A stretch of DNA of 64,000 nt, taken from the NCBI GenBank assembly GCA_040954595.2, contig CM082593.2, positions 10,677,477 to 10,741,476 of the forward strand. Direction: 5' to 3'. The first letter of the stretch is position 1. Each line of letters opens with the position of its first letter. Below, piece after piece: positions 1 through 14,656 of the stretch. The notes beneath the pieces were generated by a model that saw nothing but the letters and a program-made list of their open reading frames with translations, made no database searches and was not told the origin of the DNA. This DNA comes from Balanoglossus misakiensis (lineage: Eukaryota; Animalia; Hemichordata). The position numbers were made by a program, and so were the translations under genes.

Positions 1-3000
1 AAAAAATCATAGGTGAAAATCATCAAAAAATGACAAATTTTCGACTTTGCAAAATCTCAAAATTTCGTCGATTTTTGAAGAAAATCATGGGTGAAAATCA
101 TCAAAAAATGACAAATTTTCGACTTTGCAAAATCTCAAAATTTTTTCGATTTTTGAAAAATATCATTGGTGAAAATCATCAAAAAATGACAAATTTTGAA
201 AAAAAACGGGTGAAAATCATCAAAAAATGACACATTTTCGACTTCGCAAAATCTCAAAAGTTTTTCGATTGTTGAAAAAAATCATGGGTGAAAATCATCA
301 AAAAAATGACAAATTTTCGACGTTGCAAAATCTCAAAATTTTGTTGATTTTTGACAAAAATCATAGGTGAAAATCATCAAAAAATGACAAATTTTCGACT
401 TTGCAAAATCTCAAAATTTCGTCGATTTTTGAAGAAAATCATGGGTGAAAATCATCAAAAAATGAAAATTTTTCGTCTTTGCAAAATCTCAAAATTTCGT
501 CCATTTTTGAAAAAAAAATCATGGGTAAAAATCATCAAAAATGACAAATTTTCGTCTTTGCAAAATCTCAAAATTTCGCCGATTTTTGAAGAAAATCATG
601 GGTGAAAATCATCAAAAAATGACAAATTTTCGACTTTGCAAAATCTCAAAATTTTTTCGATTTTTGAAAAAAGACATGGGTGAAAATCATCAAAAAATGA
701 CAAATTTTCGACTTTGCAAAATCTCAAAATTTCGTTGATTTTTGAAAAAAAACAAGGGTAAAAATCATCAAAAAATGACAAATTTTCGACTTTGCAAAAT
801 CTCAAAATTTCGTCCATTTTTAAAAAAAAAACATGGGGGAAAATCATCAAAAAAATGACAAATTTTCGACTTTGCAAAATCTCAAAATTTCGTCGATTTT
901 TGAAAAAAAATCATGGGTGAAAATGCATCAAAAAATGAGAAATTTTCGACTTTGCAAAATCTCAAAATTTCGTCAATTTTGAAAAAAATCATGGGTGAAA
1001 ATCATCAAAAAAATGACAAATTTTCGACGTTGCAAAATCTCAAAATTTTGTTGATTTTTGAAAAAAATCATAGGTGAAAATCATCAAAAAATGACAAATT
1101 TTCGACTTTGCAAAATCTCAAAATTTCGTCGATTTTTGAAGAAAATCATGGGTGAAAATCATCAAAAAATGACAAATTTTCGACTTTGCAAAATCTCAAA
1201 ATTTTTTCGATTTTTGAAAAATATCATTGGTGAAAATCATCAAAAAATGACAAATTTTGAAAAAAAAACGGGTGAAAATCATCAAAAAATGACACATTTT
1301 CGACTTCGCAAAATCTCAAAATTTTTTCGATTGTTGAAAAAAATCATCGGTGAAAATCATCAAAAAATGACAAATTTTCGACTTTGCAAAATCTCAAAAT
1401 TTCGTCGATTTTTGAAAAAAATCATGGGTGAAAATCATCAAAAAAATGACAAATTTTCGACGTTGCAAAATCTCAAAATTTTGTTGATTTTTGACAAAAA
1501 TCATAGGTGAAAATCATCAAAAAATGACAAATTTTCGACTTTGCAAAATCTCAAAATTTCGTCGATTTTTGAAGAAAATCATGGGTGAAAATCATCAAAA
1601 AATGACAAATTTTCGACTTTGCAAAATCTCAAAATTTTTTCGATTTTTGAAAAATATCATCGGTGAAAATCATCAAAAAATGACAAATTTTCGACTTTGC
1701 AAAATCTCAAAATTTCGTCGATTTTTGAAAAAAATCATGGGTGAAAATCATCAAAAAAATGACAAATTTTCGACGTTGCAAAATCTCAAAATTTTGTTGA
1801 TTTTTGAAAAAAATCATAGGTGAAAATCATCAAAAAATGACAAATTTTCGACTTTGCAAAATCTCAAAATTTTGTCGATTTTTGAAGAAAATCATGGGTG
1901 AAAATCATCAAAAAACGACAAATTTTCGACTTTGCAAAATCTCAAAATTTTTTCGATTTTTGAAAAATATCATTGGTGAAAATCATCAAAAAATGACAAA
2001 TTTTGAAAAAAAAACGGGTGAAAATCATCAAAAAATGACACATTTTCGACTTTGCAAAATCTCAAAATTTTTTCGATTGTTGAAAAAAATCATCGGTGAA
2101 AATCATCAAAAAATGACAAATTTTCGACTTTGCAAAATCTCAAAATTTCGTCGATTTTTGAAAAAAATCATGGGTGAAAATCAACAAAAAAATGACAAAT
2201 TTTCGACGTTGCAAAATCTCAAATTTTGTTGATTTTTGACAAAAATCATAGGTGAAAATCATCAAAAAATGACAAATTTTCGACTTTGCAAAATCTCAAA
2301 ATTTCGTCGATTTTTGAAGAAAATCATGGGTGAAAATCATCAAAAAATGACAAATTTTCGACTTTGCAAAATCTCAAAATTTTTTCGATTTTTGAAAAAT
2401 ATCATGGGTGAAAATCATCAAAAAATGACAAATTTTGAAAAAAAACCGGGTGAAAATGATCAAAAAATGACACATTTACGACTTTGCAAAATCTCAAAAT
2501 TTCGTCCATTTTTGAAAAAAAAATCATGGGTAAAAATCATCAAAAATGACAAATTTTCGTCTTTGCAAAATCTCAAAATTTCGTCGATTTTTGAAGAAAA
2601 TCATGGGTGAAAATCATCAAAAAATGACAAATTTTCGACTTTGCAAAATCTCAAAATTTTTTCGATTTTTGAAAAAAGACATGGGTGAAAATCATCAAAA
2701 AATGACAAATTTTCGACTTTGCAAAATCTCAAAATTTCGTAGATTTTTGAAAAAAAACATGGGTAAAAATCATCACAAAATGACAAATTTTCCTCTTTGC
2801 AAAATCTCAAAATTTCGTCGATTTTAAAAAAAAAAGACATGGGTGAAAATCATCAAAAAATGACAAATTTACGACTGCAAAATCTCAAAATTTCGTCGAT
2901 TTGTGAAAAAAAATCATGGGTGAAAATCATCAAAAAATGACAAATTTTTGACTGCAAAATCTCAAAATTTCGTCAATTTTTGAAAAAAATCATGGTTGAA

Positions 3001-6000
3001 AATCATCATGACAATGACAAATTTTCGACTTTGCAAAATCTCAAAATTTCGTCGATTTTGAAAAAAATCATGGGTTCGTCTATTTTTGAAAAAAAAACAT
3101 TCGGTGAAAATCATCAAAAAATGACAAATTTTCGACTTTGCAAAATCTCAAAATTTCGTCAATTTTGAATAAAAATCATGGGTGAAAATCATCAAAAAAT
3201 GACAAATTTTCGACTTTGCAAAATCTCACAATTTCGTCGATTTTTGAAAAAAAATCATGGGTGAAAATGCATCAAAAAATGAGAAATTTTCGACTTTGCA
3301 AAATGTCAAAATTTCGTCAATTTTGAAAAAAATCATGGGTGAAAATCATCAAAAAAATGACAAATTTTCGACTTTGCAAAATCTCAAAATTTTGTTGATT
3401 TTTGAAAAAAATCATAGGTGAAAATCATCAAAAAATGACAAATTTTCGACTTTGCAAAATCTCAAAATTTCGTCGATTTTTGAAGAAAATCATGGGTGAA
3501 AATCATCAAAAAATGACAAATTTTCGACTTTGCAAAATCTCAAAATTTTTTCGATTTTTGAAAAATATCATTGGTGAAAATCATCAAAAAATGACAACTT
3601 TTGAAAAAAAAACGGGTGAAAATCATCAAAAAATGACACATTTTCGACTTCGCAAAATCTCAAAATTTTTTCGATTGTTGAAAAAAATCATCGGTGAAAA
3701 TCATCAAAAAATGACAAATATTCGACGTTGCAAAATCTCAAAATTTTGTTGATTTTTGACAAAAATCATAGGTGAAAATCATCAAAAAATGACAAATTTT
3801 CGACTTTGCAAAATCTCAAAATTTCGTCAATTTTGAAAAAAATCATGGGTGAAAATAATCAAAAAATGACACATTTACGACTTTGCAAAATCTCAAAATT
3901 TTTTCGATTTTTGAAAAATATCATTGGTGAAAATCATCAAAAAATGACAAATTTTGAAAAAAAAACGGGTGAAAATGATCAAAAAATGACACATTTACGA
4001 CTTTGCAAAATCTCAAATTTTCGTCGATTTTTGAAAAAAAATCATGGGTGAAAATCATCAAAAAATGAAAATTTTTCGTCTTTGCAAAATCTCAAAATTT
4101 CGTCCATTTTTGAAAAAAAAATCATGGGTAAAAATCATCAAAAATGACAAATTTTCGTCTTTGCAAAATTCAAAATTTCGTCGATTTTGAAGAAAATCAT
4201 GGGTGAAAATCATCAAAAAATGACAAATTTTCGACTTTGCAAAATCTCAAAATTTTTTCGATTTTGAAAAATATCATCGGTGAAAATCATCAAAAAATGA
4301 CAAATTTTCGACTTTGCAAAATCTCAAAATTTCGTCGATTTTTGAAAAAAATCATGGGTGAAAATCATCAAAAAAATGACAAATTTTCGACGTTGCAAAA
4401 TCTTCAAAATTTTGTTGATTTTTGAAAAAAATCATAGGTGAAAATCATCAAAAAATGACAAATTTTCGACTTTGCAAAATCTCAAAATTTCGTCGATTTT
4501 TGAAAAAATCATGGGTGAAAATCATCAAAAAACGACAAATTTTCGACTTTGCAAAATCTCAAATTTTTTCGATTTTTGAAAAATATCATTGGTGAAAATC
4601 ATCAAAAAATGACAAATTTTGAAAAAAAAAACGGGTGAAAATCATCAAAAAATGACACATTTTCGACTTTGCAAAATCTCAAATTTTTTCGATTGTTGAA
4701 AAAAATCATCGGTGAAAATCATCAAAAAATGACAAATTTTCGACTTTGCAAAATCTCACAATTTCGTCGATTTTTGAAAAAAAATCATGGGTGAAAATGC
4801 ATCAAAAAATGAGAAATTTTCGACTTTGCAAAATCTCAAAATTTCGTCAATTTTGAAAAAAATCATGGGTGAAAATCATCAAAAAAATGAACAAATTTTC
4901 GACGTTGCAAAATCTCAAAATTTTGTTGATTTTTGAAAAAAATCATAGGTGAAATCATCAAAAAATGACAAATTTTCGACTTTGCAAAATCTCAAAATTT
5001 CGTCGATTTTTGAAGAAAATCATGGTGAAAATCCATCAAAAAATGACAAATTTTCGACTTTGCAAAATCTCAAAATTTTTTCGATTTTTGAAAAATATCA
5101 TTGGTGAAAATCATCAAAAAATGACAAATTTTGAAAAAAAAAACGGGTGAAAATCATCAAAAAATGACAAATTTTCATCTTTGCAAATCTCAAAATTTCG
5201 TCCATTTCTGAAACAAAATTATGGGTAAAAATCATCAAAAATGACAATTTTCATCTTTGCAAAATCTCAAAATTCGTCGAGTTTTGAAAAAAATCATGGG
5301 GGAAAATCATGAAAAAATGACAAATTTTCCTCTTTGCAAAATCTCAAAATTTCGTCGATTTTTAAAAAAAGACTGGGTGAAAATCATCAAAAAATAACAA
5401 ATTTTCGACTTTGCAAAATCTCAAAATTTCGTCCATTTTTGAAAAAAAATCATGGGTAAAAATCATCAAAAAATGACAAATTTTGAAAAAAAAACGGGTG
5501 AAAATCATCAAAAAATGACACATTTTCGACTTTGCAAAATCTCAAAATTTCGTCGATTTTTGAAAAAAAATCATGGGTGAAAATCATCAAAAAATGACAA
5601 ATTTTCGTCTTTGCAAAATCTCAAATTTTGTCCATTTCTGAAAAAAAATTATAGGTAAAAATCTTCAAAAATGACAAATTTTTCATCTTTGCAAAATCTC
5701 AAATTTTCGTCAATTTTTGAAAAAAATCATGGTTGAAAATCATCAAAAAATGACAAAATTTTCGACTTTGCAAAATCTCAAAATTTCGTCGATTTTTGAA
5801 AAAAATCATGGGGAAAATCATGAAAAATGACAAATTTTCCCTCTTTGCAAAATCTCAAAATTTCGTCGATTTTTGAAAAAAAATCATGGGTGAAAATCAT
5901 CAAAAAATGACAAATTTTCGTCTTTGCAAAATCTCAAATTTTCGTCGATTTTTGAAAAAAAATCATGGTTGAAAATCATCAAAAAATGACAAAATTTTCG

Positions 6001-7435
6001 ACTTTGTAAAATCACAAAATTTCGTCGATTTTGAAAAAAATCATAGGTTCGTCGATTTTTTAAAAAAAAAACATGGGTGAAAATCATCAAAAAATGACAA
6101 ATTTTGAAAAAAAACGGGTGAAAATCATCAAAAAATGACACATTTTCGACTTTGCAAAATCTCAAAATTTCGTCGATTTTTGAAAAAAAAACGGGTGAAA
6201 ATCATCAAAAAATGACAAATTTTGAAAAAAAAAAACGGGTGAAAATCATCAAAAATGACACATTTTCGACTTTGTAAAATCACAAAATTTCGTCGATTTT
6301 GAAAAAAAATCATAGGTTCGTCGATTTTTAAAAAAAAACATGGGTGAAAATCATCAAAAAATGACAAATTTTGAAAAAAAAACGGGTGAAAATCATCAAA
6401 AAATGACACATTTACGACTTTGCAAAATCTTAAAATTTCGTCGATTTTTGAAAAAAAATCATGGGTGAAAATCATCAAAAAATGACAAATTTTCGTCTTT
6501 GCAAAATCTCAAAATTTCGTCCATTTTTGAAAAAAAAATCATGGGTGAAAATCATCAAAAAATGACAAATTTTCGTCTTTGCAAAATCTCAAAATTTCGT
6601 CCATTTTTGAAAAAAAAATCATGGGTAAAAATCATCAAAAATGACAAATTTTCGTCTTTGCAAAATCTCAAATTTTCGTCGATTTTTGAAAAAAAAATCA
6701 TGGTTGAAAATCATCAAAAAATGACAAAATTTTCGACTTTGTAAAATCACAAAATTTCGTCGATTTTGAAAAAAATCATAGGTTCGTCGATTTTTTAAAA
6801 AAAAACATGGGTGAAAATCATCAAAAAATGACAAATTTAAAAAAAAAAAACGGGTGAAAATCATCAAAAAATGACACATTTACGACTTTGCAAAATCTCA
6901 AAATTTCGTCGATTTTTGAAAAAAAATCATGGGTGAAAATCATCAAAAAATGACAAATTTTCGTCTTTGCAAAATCTCAAAATTTCGTCCATTTTTGAAA
7001 AAAAATCATGGGTAAAAATCATCAAAAATGACAAATTTTCGTCTTTGCAAATCTCAAACTTTCGTCCATTTTTAAAAAACAATCATGGGGGAAAATCATC
7101 AAAAAATGACAAATTTTCGATTTTGCAAAATCTCAAAATTTCGTCGATTTTTGAAAAAAAATGTGTGAAAATCATCAAAAAATGACACATTTTCGTCGAC
7201 TTTGCAAAATCTCAAAATTTCGTCGATTTTTGAAAAAAATCATGGGGGAAAATCATGAAAAATGACAAATTTTCGACTTTGCAAAATCTCAAAATTTCGT
7301 CAATTTTGAATAAAAATCATGGGTGAAAATCATCAAAAAATGACAAATTTTCGACTTTGCAAAATCTCACAATTTCGTCGATTTTTGAAAAAAAATCATG
7401 GGTGAAAATGCACCAAAAAATGAGAAATTTTCGAC

Positions 7436-10400
7436 TTTGCAAAATCTCAAAATTTCGTCAATTTTGAAAAAAATCATGGGTGAAAATCATCAAAAAATGA
7501 CAAATTTTCGACTTTGCAAAATCTCAAAATTTCGTCGATTTTTGAAAAAAATCATGGGTGAAAATCATCAAAAAAATGACAAATTTTCGACTTTGCAAAA
7601 TCTCAAAATTTCGTCGATTTTTGAAGAAAATCATGGGTGAAAATCATCAAAAAATGACAAATTTTCGACTTTGCAAAATCTCAAAATTTTTACGATTGTT
7701 GAAAAAAATCATCGGTGAAAATCATCAAAAAATGACAAATTTTCGACTTTGCAAAATCTCAAAATTTCGTCGATTTTTGAAGAAAAAACGGGTGAAAATC
7801 ATCAAAAAATGACACATTTACGACTTTGCAAAATCTCAAAATTTCGTCGATTTTTGAAAAAAAATCATGGGTGAAAATCATCAAAAAATGACAAATTTTG
7901 AAAAAAAAACGGGTGAAAATCATCAAAAAATGACATATTTACGACTTTGCAAAATCTCAAAATTTCGTCGATTTTTGAAAAAAAAACGGGTGAAAATCAT
8001 CAAAAAATGACACATTTACGACTTTGCAAAATCTCAAAATTTCGTCGATTTTTGAAAAAAAATCATGGGTGAAAATCATCAAAAAATGACAAATTTTCGA
8101 TTTTGCAAAATCTCAAAATTTCGTCGATTTTTGAAAAAAAACGGGTGAAAATCATCAAAAAATGACACATTTTCGTCGACTTTGCAAAATCTCAAAATTT
8201 CGTCGATTTTTGAAAAAAATCATGGGGGAAAATCATGAAAAAAATGACAAATTTTCCTCTTTGCAAAATCTCAAAATTTCGTCGATTTTTAAAAAAAGAC
8301 ATGGGTGAAAATCATCAAAAAATAACAAATTTTCGACTTTGCAAAATCTCAAAATTTCGTCCATTTTTGAAAAAAAATCATGGGTAAAACTCATCAAAAA
8401 ATGACAAATTTTGAAAAAAAACGGGTGAAAATCATCAAAAAATGACACATTTTCGACTTTGTAAAATCTCAAAATTTCGTCGATTTTTGAAAAAAAATCA
8501 TGGGTGAAAATCATCAAAAAATGACAAATTTTCGTCTTTGCAAAATCTCAAAATTTCGTCCATTTCTGAAAAAAAATTATGGGTAAAAATCATCAAAAAT
8601 GACAAATTTTCATCTTTGCAAAATCTCAAATTTTCGTCGATTTTTGAAAAAAATCATGGTTGAAAATCATCAAAAAATGACAAAATTTTCGACTTTGCAA
8701 AATCTCAAAATTTCGTCGATTTTTGAAAAAAATCATGGGGGAAAATCATGAAAAAATGACAAATTTTCCTCTTTGCAAAATCTCACATTTCGTCAATTTT
8801 TGAAAAAATCATGGGTGAAAATCATCAAAAAATGACAAATTTTCGACTTTGCAAAATCTCAACATTTCGTCAATTTTTGAAAAAATCATGGGTGAAAATC
8901 ATCAAAAAATGACAAATTTTCGACTTTGCAAAATCTCAAAATTTCGTCGATTTTTGAAAAAAATCATGGGGGGGAAAATCATGAAAAAATGACAAATTTT
9001 CCTCTTTGCAAAATCTCAAAATTTCGTCGATTTTTAAAAAAAGACATGGGTGAAAATCATCAAAAAATGACAAATTTTCGACTTTGCAAAATCTCAAAAT
9101 TTCGTCCATTTTTGAAAAAAAATCATGGGTAAAAATCATCAAAAATGACAAATTTTCGTCTTTGCAAAATCTCAAATTTTCGTCGATTTTTGAAAAAAAA
9201 TCATGGTTGAAAATCATCAAAAAATGACAAAATTTTCGACTTTGTAAAATCACAAAATTTCGTCGATTTTGAAAAAAATCATAGGTTCGTCGATTTTTTA
9301 AAAAAAAACATGGGTGAAAATCATCAAAAAATGACAAATTTTGAAAAAAACGGGTGAAAATCATCAAAAAATGACACATTTTCGACTGCAAAATCTCAAA
9401 ATTTCGTCAATTTTGAAAAAAATCATGGTCGAAAATCATCAAATAATGACAATTTTTTTACTGCAAAATCTCAAAATTTCATCGATTTTTGAAAAAAATC
9501 ATGGGTGAAAATCATCAAAAAATGACAAATTTTCGACTTTGCAAAATCTCAAAATTTCGTCGATTTTTGAAGAAAATCAAGGGTGAAAATCATCAAAAAA
9601 TGACAAATTTTCCTCTTTGCAAAATCTCAAAATTTCGTCGATTTTTAAAAAAAGACATGGGTGTAAATCATCAAAAAATAACAAATTTTCGACTTTGCAA
9701 AATCTCAAAATTTCGTCGATTTTTGAAAAAAATCATGTGTGAAAATCATTAAAAAATGACAAATTTTCGACTTTGCAAAATCTCAAAATTTCGTCAATTT
9801 TTGAAAAAATCATGGGTGAAAATCATCAAAAAATGACAAATTTTCGTCTTTGCAAAATCTCAAAATTTCGTCCATTTTAAAAAAAAAACGGGGGAAAATG
9901 ATCAAAAAATGACAAATTTTCGACTGCAAAATCTCAAAATTTCGTCAATTTTGAAAAAAATCATGGTCGAAAATCATCAAATAATGACAATTTTTTTACT
10001 GCAAAATCTCAAAATTTCATCGATTTTTGAAAAAAATCATGGGTGAAAATCATCAAAAAATGACAAATTTTCGACTTTGCAAAATCTGAAAATTTCGTCG
10101 ATTTTTGAAAAAAATCATGGGTGAAAATCATCAAAAAATGACAAATTTTCGACTTTGCAAAATCTCAAAATTTCGTCAATTTTTGAAAAAATCATGGGTG
10201 AAAATCATCAAAAAATGACAAATTTTCGTCTTTGCAAAATCTCAAAATTTCGTCGGTTTTTGAAAAATAATATGGGTGAAAATCATCAAAAAATGACAAA
10301 TTTTCGACTTTGCAAAATCTCAAAATTTCGTCGGTTTTGAAAAAAATCATGGGTTCGTCGATTTTTTTAAATAAAAACATGGGTGAAAATCATCAAAAAA

Positions 10401-13400
10401 TGACAAATGTTCGACTTTGCAAAATCTAAAAATTTCGTCGATTTTTGAAAAAAAATCATGGGTGAAAATCATCAAAAAATGACAAATTTTCGTCTTTGCA
10501 AAATCTCAAAATTTCGTCCATTTTTGAAAAAAAATCATGGGTAAAAATCATCAAAAATGACAAATTTTCGTCTTTGCAAAATCTCAAATTTTCGTCGATT
10601 TTTGAAAAAAAATCATGGTTGAAAATCATCAAAAAATGACAAAATGTTCGACTTTGTAAAATCACAAAATTTCGTCGATTTTGAAAAAAATCATAGGTTC
10701 GTCGAATTTTTTTAAAAAAACATGGGTGAAAATCATCAAAAAATGACAAATTTTGAAAAAAAAACGGGTGAAAATCATCAAAAAATGACCTATTTTCGTC
10801 GACTTTGCAAAATCTCAAAATTTCGTCGATTTTTGAAAAAAATCATGGGGGAAAATCATGAAAAAATGACATATTTTCCTCTTTGCAAAATCTCAAAATT
10901 TCGTCGATTTTTAAAAAAAGACATGGGTGAAAATCATCAAAAAATAACAAATTTTCGACTTTGCAAAATCTCAAAATTTCGTCCATTTTTGAAAAAAAAT
11001 CATGGGTAAAAATCATCAAAAAATGACAAATTTTCGTCTTTGCAAAATCTCAAAATTTCGTCAATTTTGAAAAAAATCATGGGTGAAAATCATCAAAAAA
11101 TGACAAATTTTCGACTTTGCAAAATCTCAAAATTTCGTCGATTTTTGAAAAAAATCATGGGTGAAAATCATCAAAAAAATGACAAATTTTCGACTTTGCA
11201 AAATCTCAAAATTTCGTCGATTTTTGAAGAAAATCATGGGTGAAAATCATCAAAAAATGACAAATTTTCGACTTTGCAAAATCTCAAAATTTTTACGATT
11301 GTTGAAAAAAATCATCGGTGAAAATCATCAAAAAATGACAAATTTTCGACTTTGCAAAATCTCAAAATTTCGTCGATTTTTGAAGAAAAAACGGGTGAAA
11401 ATCATCAAAAAATGACACATTTACGACTTTGCAAAATCTCAAAATTTCGTCGATTTTTGAAAAAAAATCATGGGTGAAAATCATCAAAAAATGACAAATT
11501 TTGAAAAAAAAACGGGTGAAAATCATCAAAAAATGACATATTTACGACTTTGCAAAATCTCAAAATTTCGTCGATTTTTGAAAAAAAAACGGGTGAAAAT
11601 CATCAAAAAATGACACATTTACGACTTTGCAAAATCTCAAAATTTCGTCGATTTTTGAAAAAAAATCATGGGTGAAAATCATCAAAAAATGACAAATTTT
11701 CGATTTTGCAAAATCTCAAAATTTCGTCGATTTTTGAAAAAAAACGGGTGAAAATCATCAAAAAATGACACATTTTCGTCGACTTTGCAAAATCTCAAAA
11801 TTTCGTCGATTTTTGAAAAAAATCATGGGGGAAAATCATGAAAAAAATGACAAATTTTCCTCTTTGCAAAATCTCAAAATTTCGTCGATTTTTAAAAAAA
11901 GACATGGGTGAAAATCATCAAAAAATAACAAATTTTCGACTTTGCAAAATCTCAAAATTTCGTCCATTTTTGAAAAAAAATCATGGGTAAAACTCATCAA
12001 AAAATGACAAATTTTGAAAAAAAACGGGTGAAAATCATCAAAAAATGACACATTTTCGACTTTGTAAAATCTCAAAATTTCGTCGATTTTTGAAAAAAAA
12101 TCATGGGTGAAAATCATCAAAAAATGACAAATTTTCGTCTTTGCAAAATCTCAAAATTTCGTCCATTTCTGAAAAAAAATTATGGGTAAAAATCATCAAA
12201 AATGACAAATTTTCATCTTTGCAAAATCTCAAATTTTCGTCGATTTTTGAAAAAAATCATGGTTGAAAATCATCAAAAAATGACAAAATTTTCGACTTTG
12301 CAAAATCTCAAAATTTCGTCGATTTTTGAAAAAAATCATGGGGGAAAATCATGAAAAAATGACAAATTTTCCTCTTTGCAAAATCTCAACATTTCGTCAA
12401 TTTTTGAAAAAATCATGGGTGAAAATCATCAAAAAATGACAAATTTTCGACTTTGCAAAATCTCAACATTTCGTCAATTTTTGAAAAAATCATGGGTGAA
12501 AATCATCAAAAAATGACAAATTTTCGACTTTGCAAAATCTCAAAATTTCGTCGATTTTTGAAAAAAATCATGGGGGGAAAATCATGAAAAAATGACAAAT
12601 TTTCCTCTTTGCAAAATCTCAAAATTTCGTCGATTTTTAAAAAAAGACATGGGTGAAAATCATCAAAAAATGACAAATTTTCGACTTTGCAAAATCTCAA
12701 AATTTCGTCCATTTTTGAAAAAAAATCATGGGTAAAAATCATCAAAAATGACAAATTTTCGTCTTTGCAAAATCTCAAATTTTCGTCGATTTTTGAAAAA
12801 AAATCATGGTTGAAAATCATCAAAAAATGACAAAATTTTCGACTTTGTAAAATCACAAAATTTCGTCGATTTTGAAAAAAATCATAGGTTCGTCGATTTT
12901 TTAAAAAAAAACATGGGTGAAAATCATCAAAAAATGACAAATTTTGAAAAAAAACGGGTGAAAATCATCAAAAAATGACACATTTTCGACTGCAAAATCT
13001 CAAAATTTCGTCAATTTTGAAAAAAATCATGGTCGAAAATCATCAAATAATGACAATTTTTTTACTGCAAAATCTCAAAATTTCATCGATTTTTGAAAAA
13101 AATCATGGGTGAAAATCATCAAAAAATGACAAATTTTCGACTTTGCAAAATCTCAAAATTTCGTCGATTTTTGAAGAAAATCAAGGGTGAAAATCATCAA
13201 AAAATGACAAATTTTCCTCTTTGCAAAATCTCAAAATTTCGTCGATTTTTAAAAAAAGACATGGGTGTAAATCATCAAAAAATAACAAATTTTCGACTTT
13301 GCAAAATCTCAAAATTTCGTCGATTTTTGAAAAAAATCATGTGTGAAAATCATTAAAAAATGACAAATTTTCGACTTTGCAAAATCTCAAAATTTCGTCA

Positions 13401-14656
13401 ATTTTTGAAAAAATCATGGGTGAAAATCATCAAAAAATGACAAATTTTCGTCTTTGCAAAATCTCAAAATTTCGTCCATTTTAAAAAAAAAACGGGGGAA
13501 AATGATCAAAAAATGACAAATTTTCGACTGCAAAATCTCAAAATTTCGTCAATTTTGAAAAAAATCATGGTCGAAAATCATCAAATAATGACAATTTTTT
13601 TACTGCAAAATCTCAAAATTTCATCGATTTTTGAAAAAAATCATGGGTGAAAATCATCAAAAAATGACAAATTTTCGACTTTGCAAAATCTGAAAATTTC
13701 GTCGATTTTTGAAAAAAATCATGGGTGAAAATCATCAAAAAATGACAAATTTTCGACTTTGCAAAATCTCAAAATTTCGTCAATTTTTGAAAAAATCATG
13801 GGTGAAAATCATCAAAAAATGACAAATTTTCGTCTTTGCAAAATCTCAAAATTTCGTCGGTTTTTGAAAAATAATATGGGTGAAAATCATCAAAAAATGA
13901 CAAATTTTCGACTTTGCAAAATCTCAAAATTTCGTCGGTTTTGAAAAAAATCATGGGTTCGTCGATTTTTTTAAATAAAAACATGGGTGAAAATCATCAA
14001 AAAATGACAAATGTTCGACTTTGCAAAATCTAAAAATTTCGTCGATTTTTGAAAAAAAATCATGGGTGAAAATCATCAAAAAATGACAAATTTTCGTCTT
14101 TGCAAAATCTCAAAATTTCGTCCATTTTTGAAAAAAAATCATGGGTAAAAATCATCAAAAATGACAAATTTTCGTCTTTGCAAAATCTCAAATTTTCGTC
14201 GATTTTTGAAAAAAAATCATGGTTGAAAATCATCAAAAAATGACAAAATGTTCGACTTTGTAAAATCACAAAATTTCGTCGATTTTGAAAAAAATCATAG
14301 GTTCGTCGAATTTTTTTAAAAAAACATGGGTGAAAATCATCAAAAAATGACAAATTTTGAAAAAAAAACGGGTGAAAATCATCAAAAAATGACCTATTTT
14401 CGTCGACTTTGCAAAATCTCAAAATTTCGTCGATTTTTGAAAAAAATCATGGGGGAAAATCATGAAAAAATGACATATTTTCCTCTTTGCAAAATCTCAA
14501 AATTTCGTCGATTTTTAAAAAAAGACATGGGTGAAAATCATCAAAAAATAACAAATTTTCGACTTTGCAAAATCTCAAAATTTCGTCCATTTTTGAAAAA
14601 AAATCATGGGTAAAAATCATCAAAAAATGACAAATTTTCGTCTTTGCAAAATCTCA
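7436..14656 (+). repeat. Higher-order tandem duplication, ~3.6-kb unit x2
   Basis: Identical artefactual ORFs are offset by 3603-3604 (7558/11161, 8233/11836, 9489/13093, 10155/13759, 10722/14326). Boundaries are approximate. Confidence 0.92.

Noticed and set aside
6168-6196. CENP-B box-like TTCG...CGGG in some monomers
   Set aside because: The spacing between TTCG and CGGG is about 20 nt rather than the 7 nt of the canonical box.
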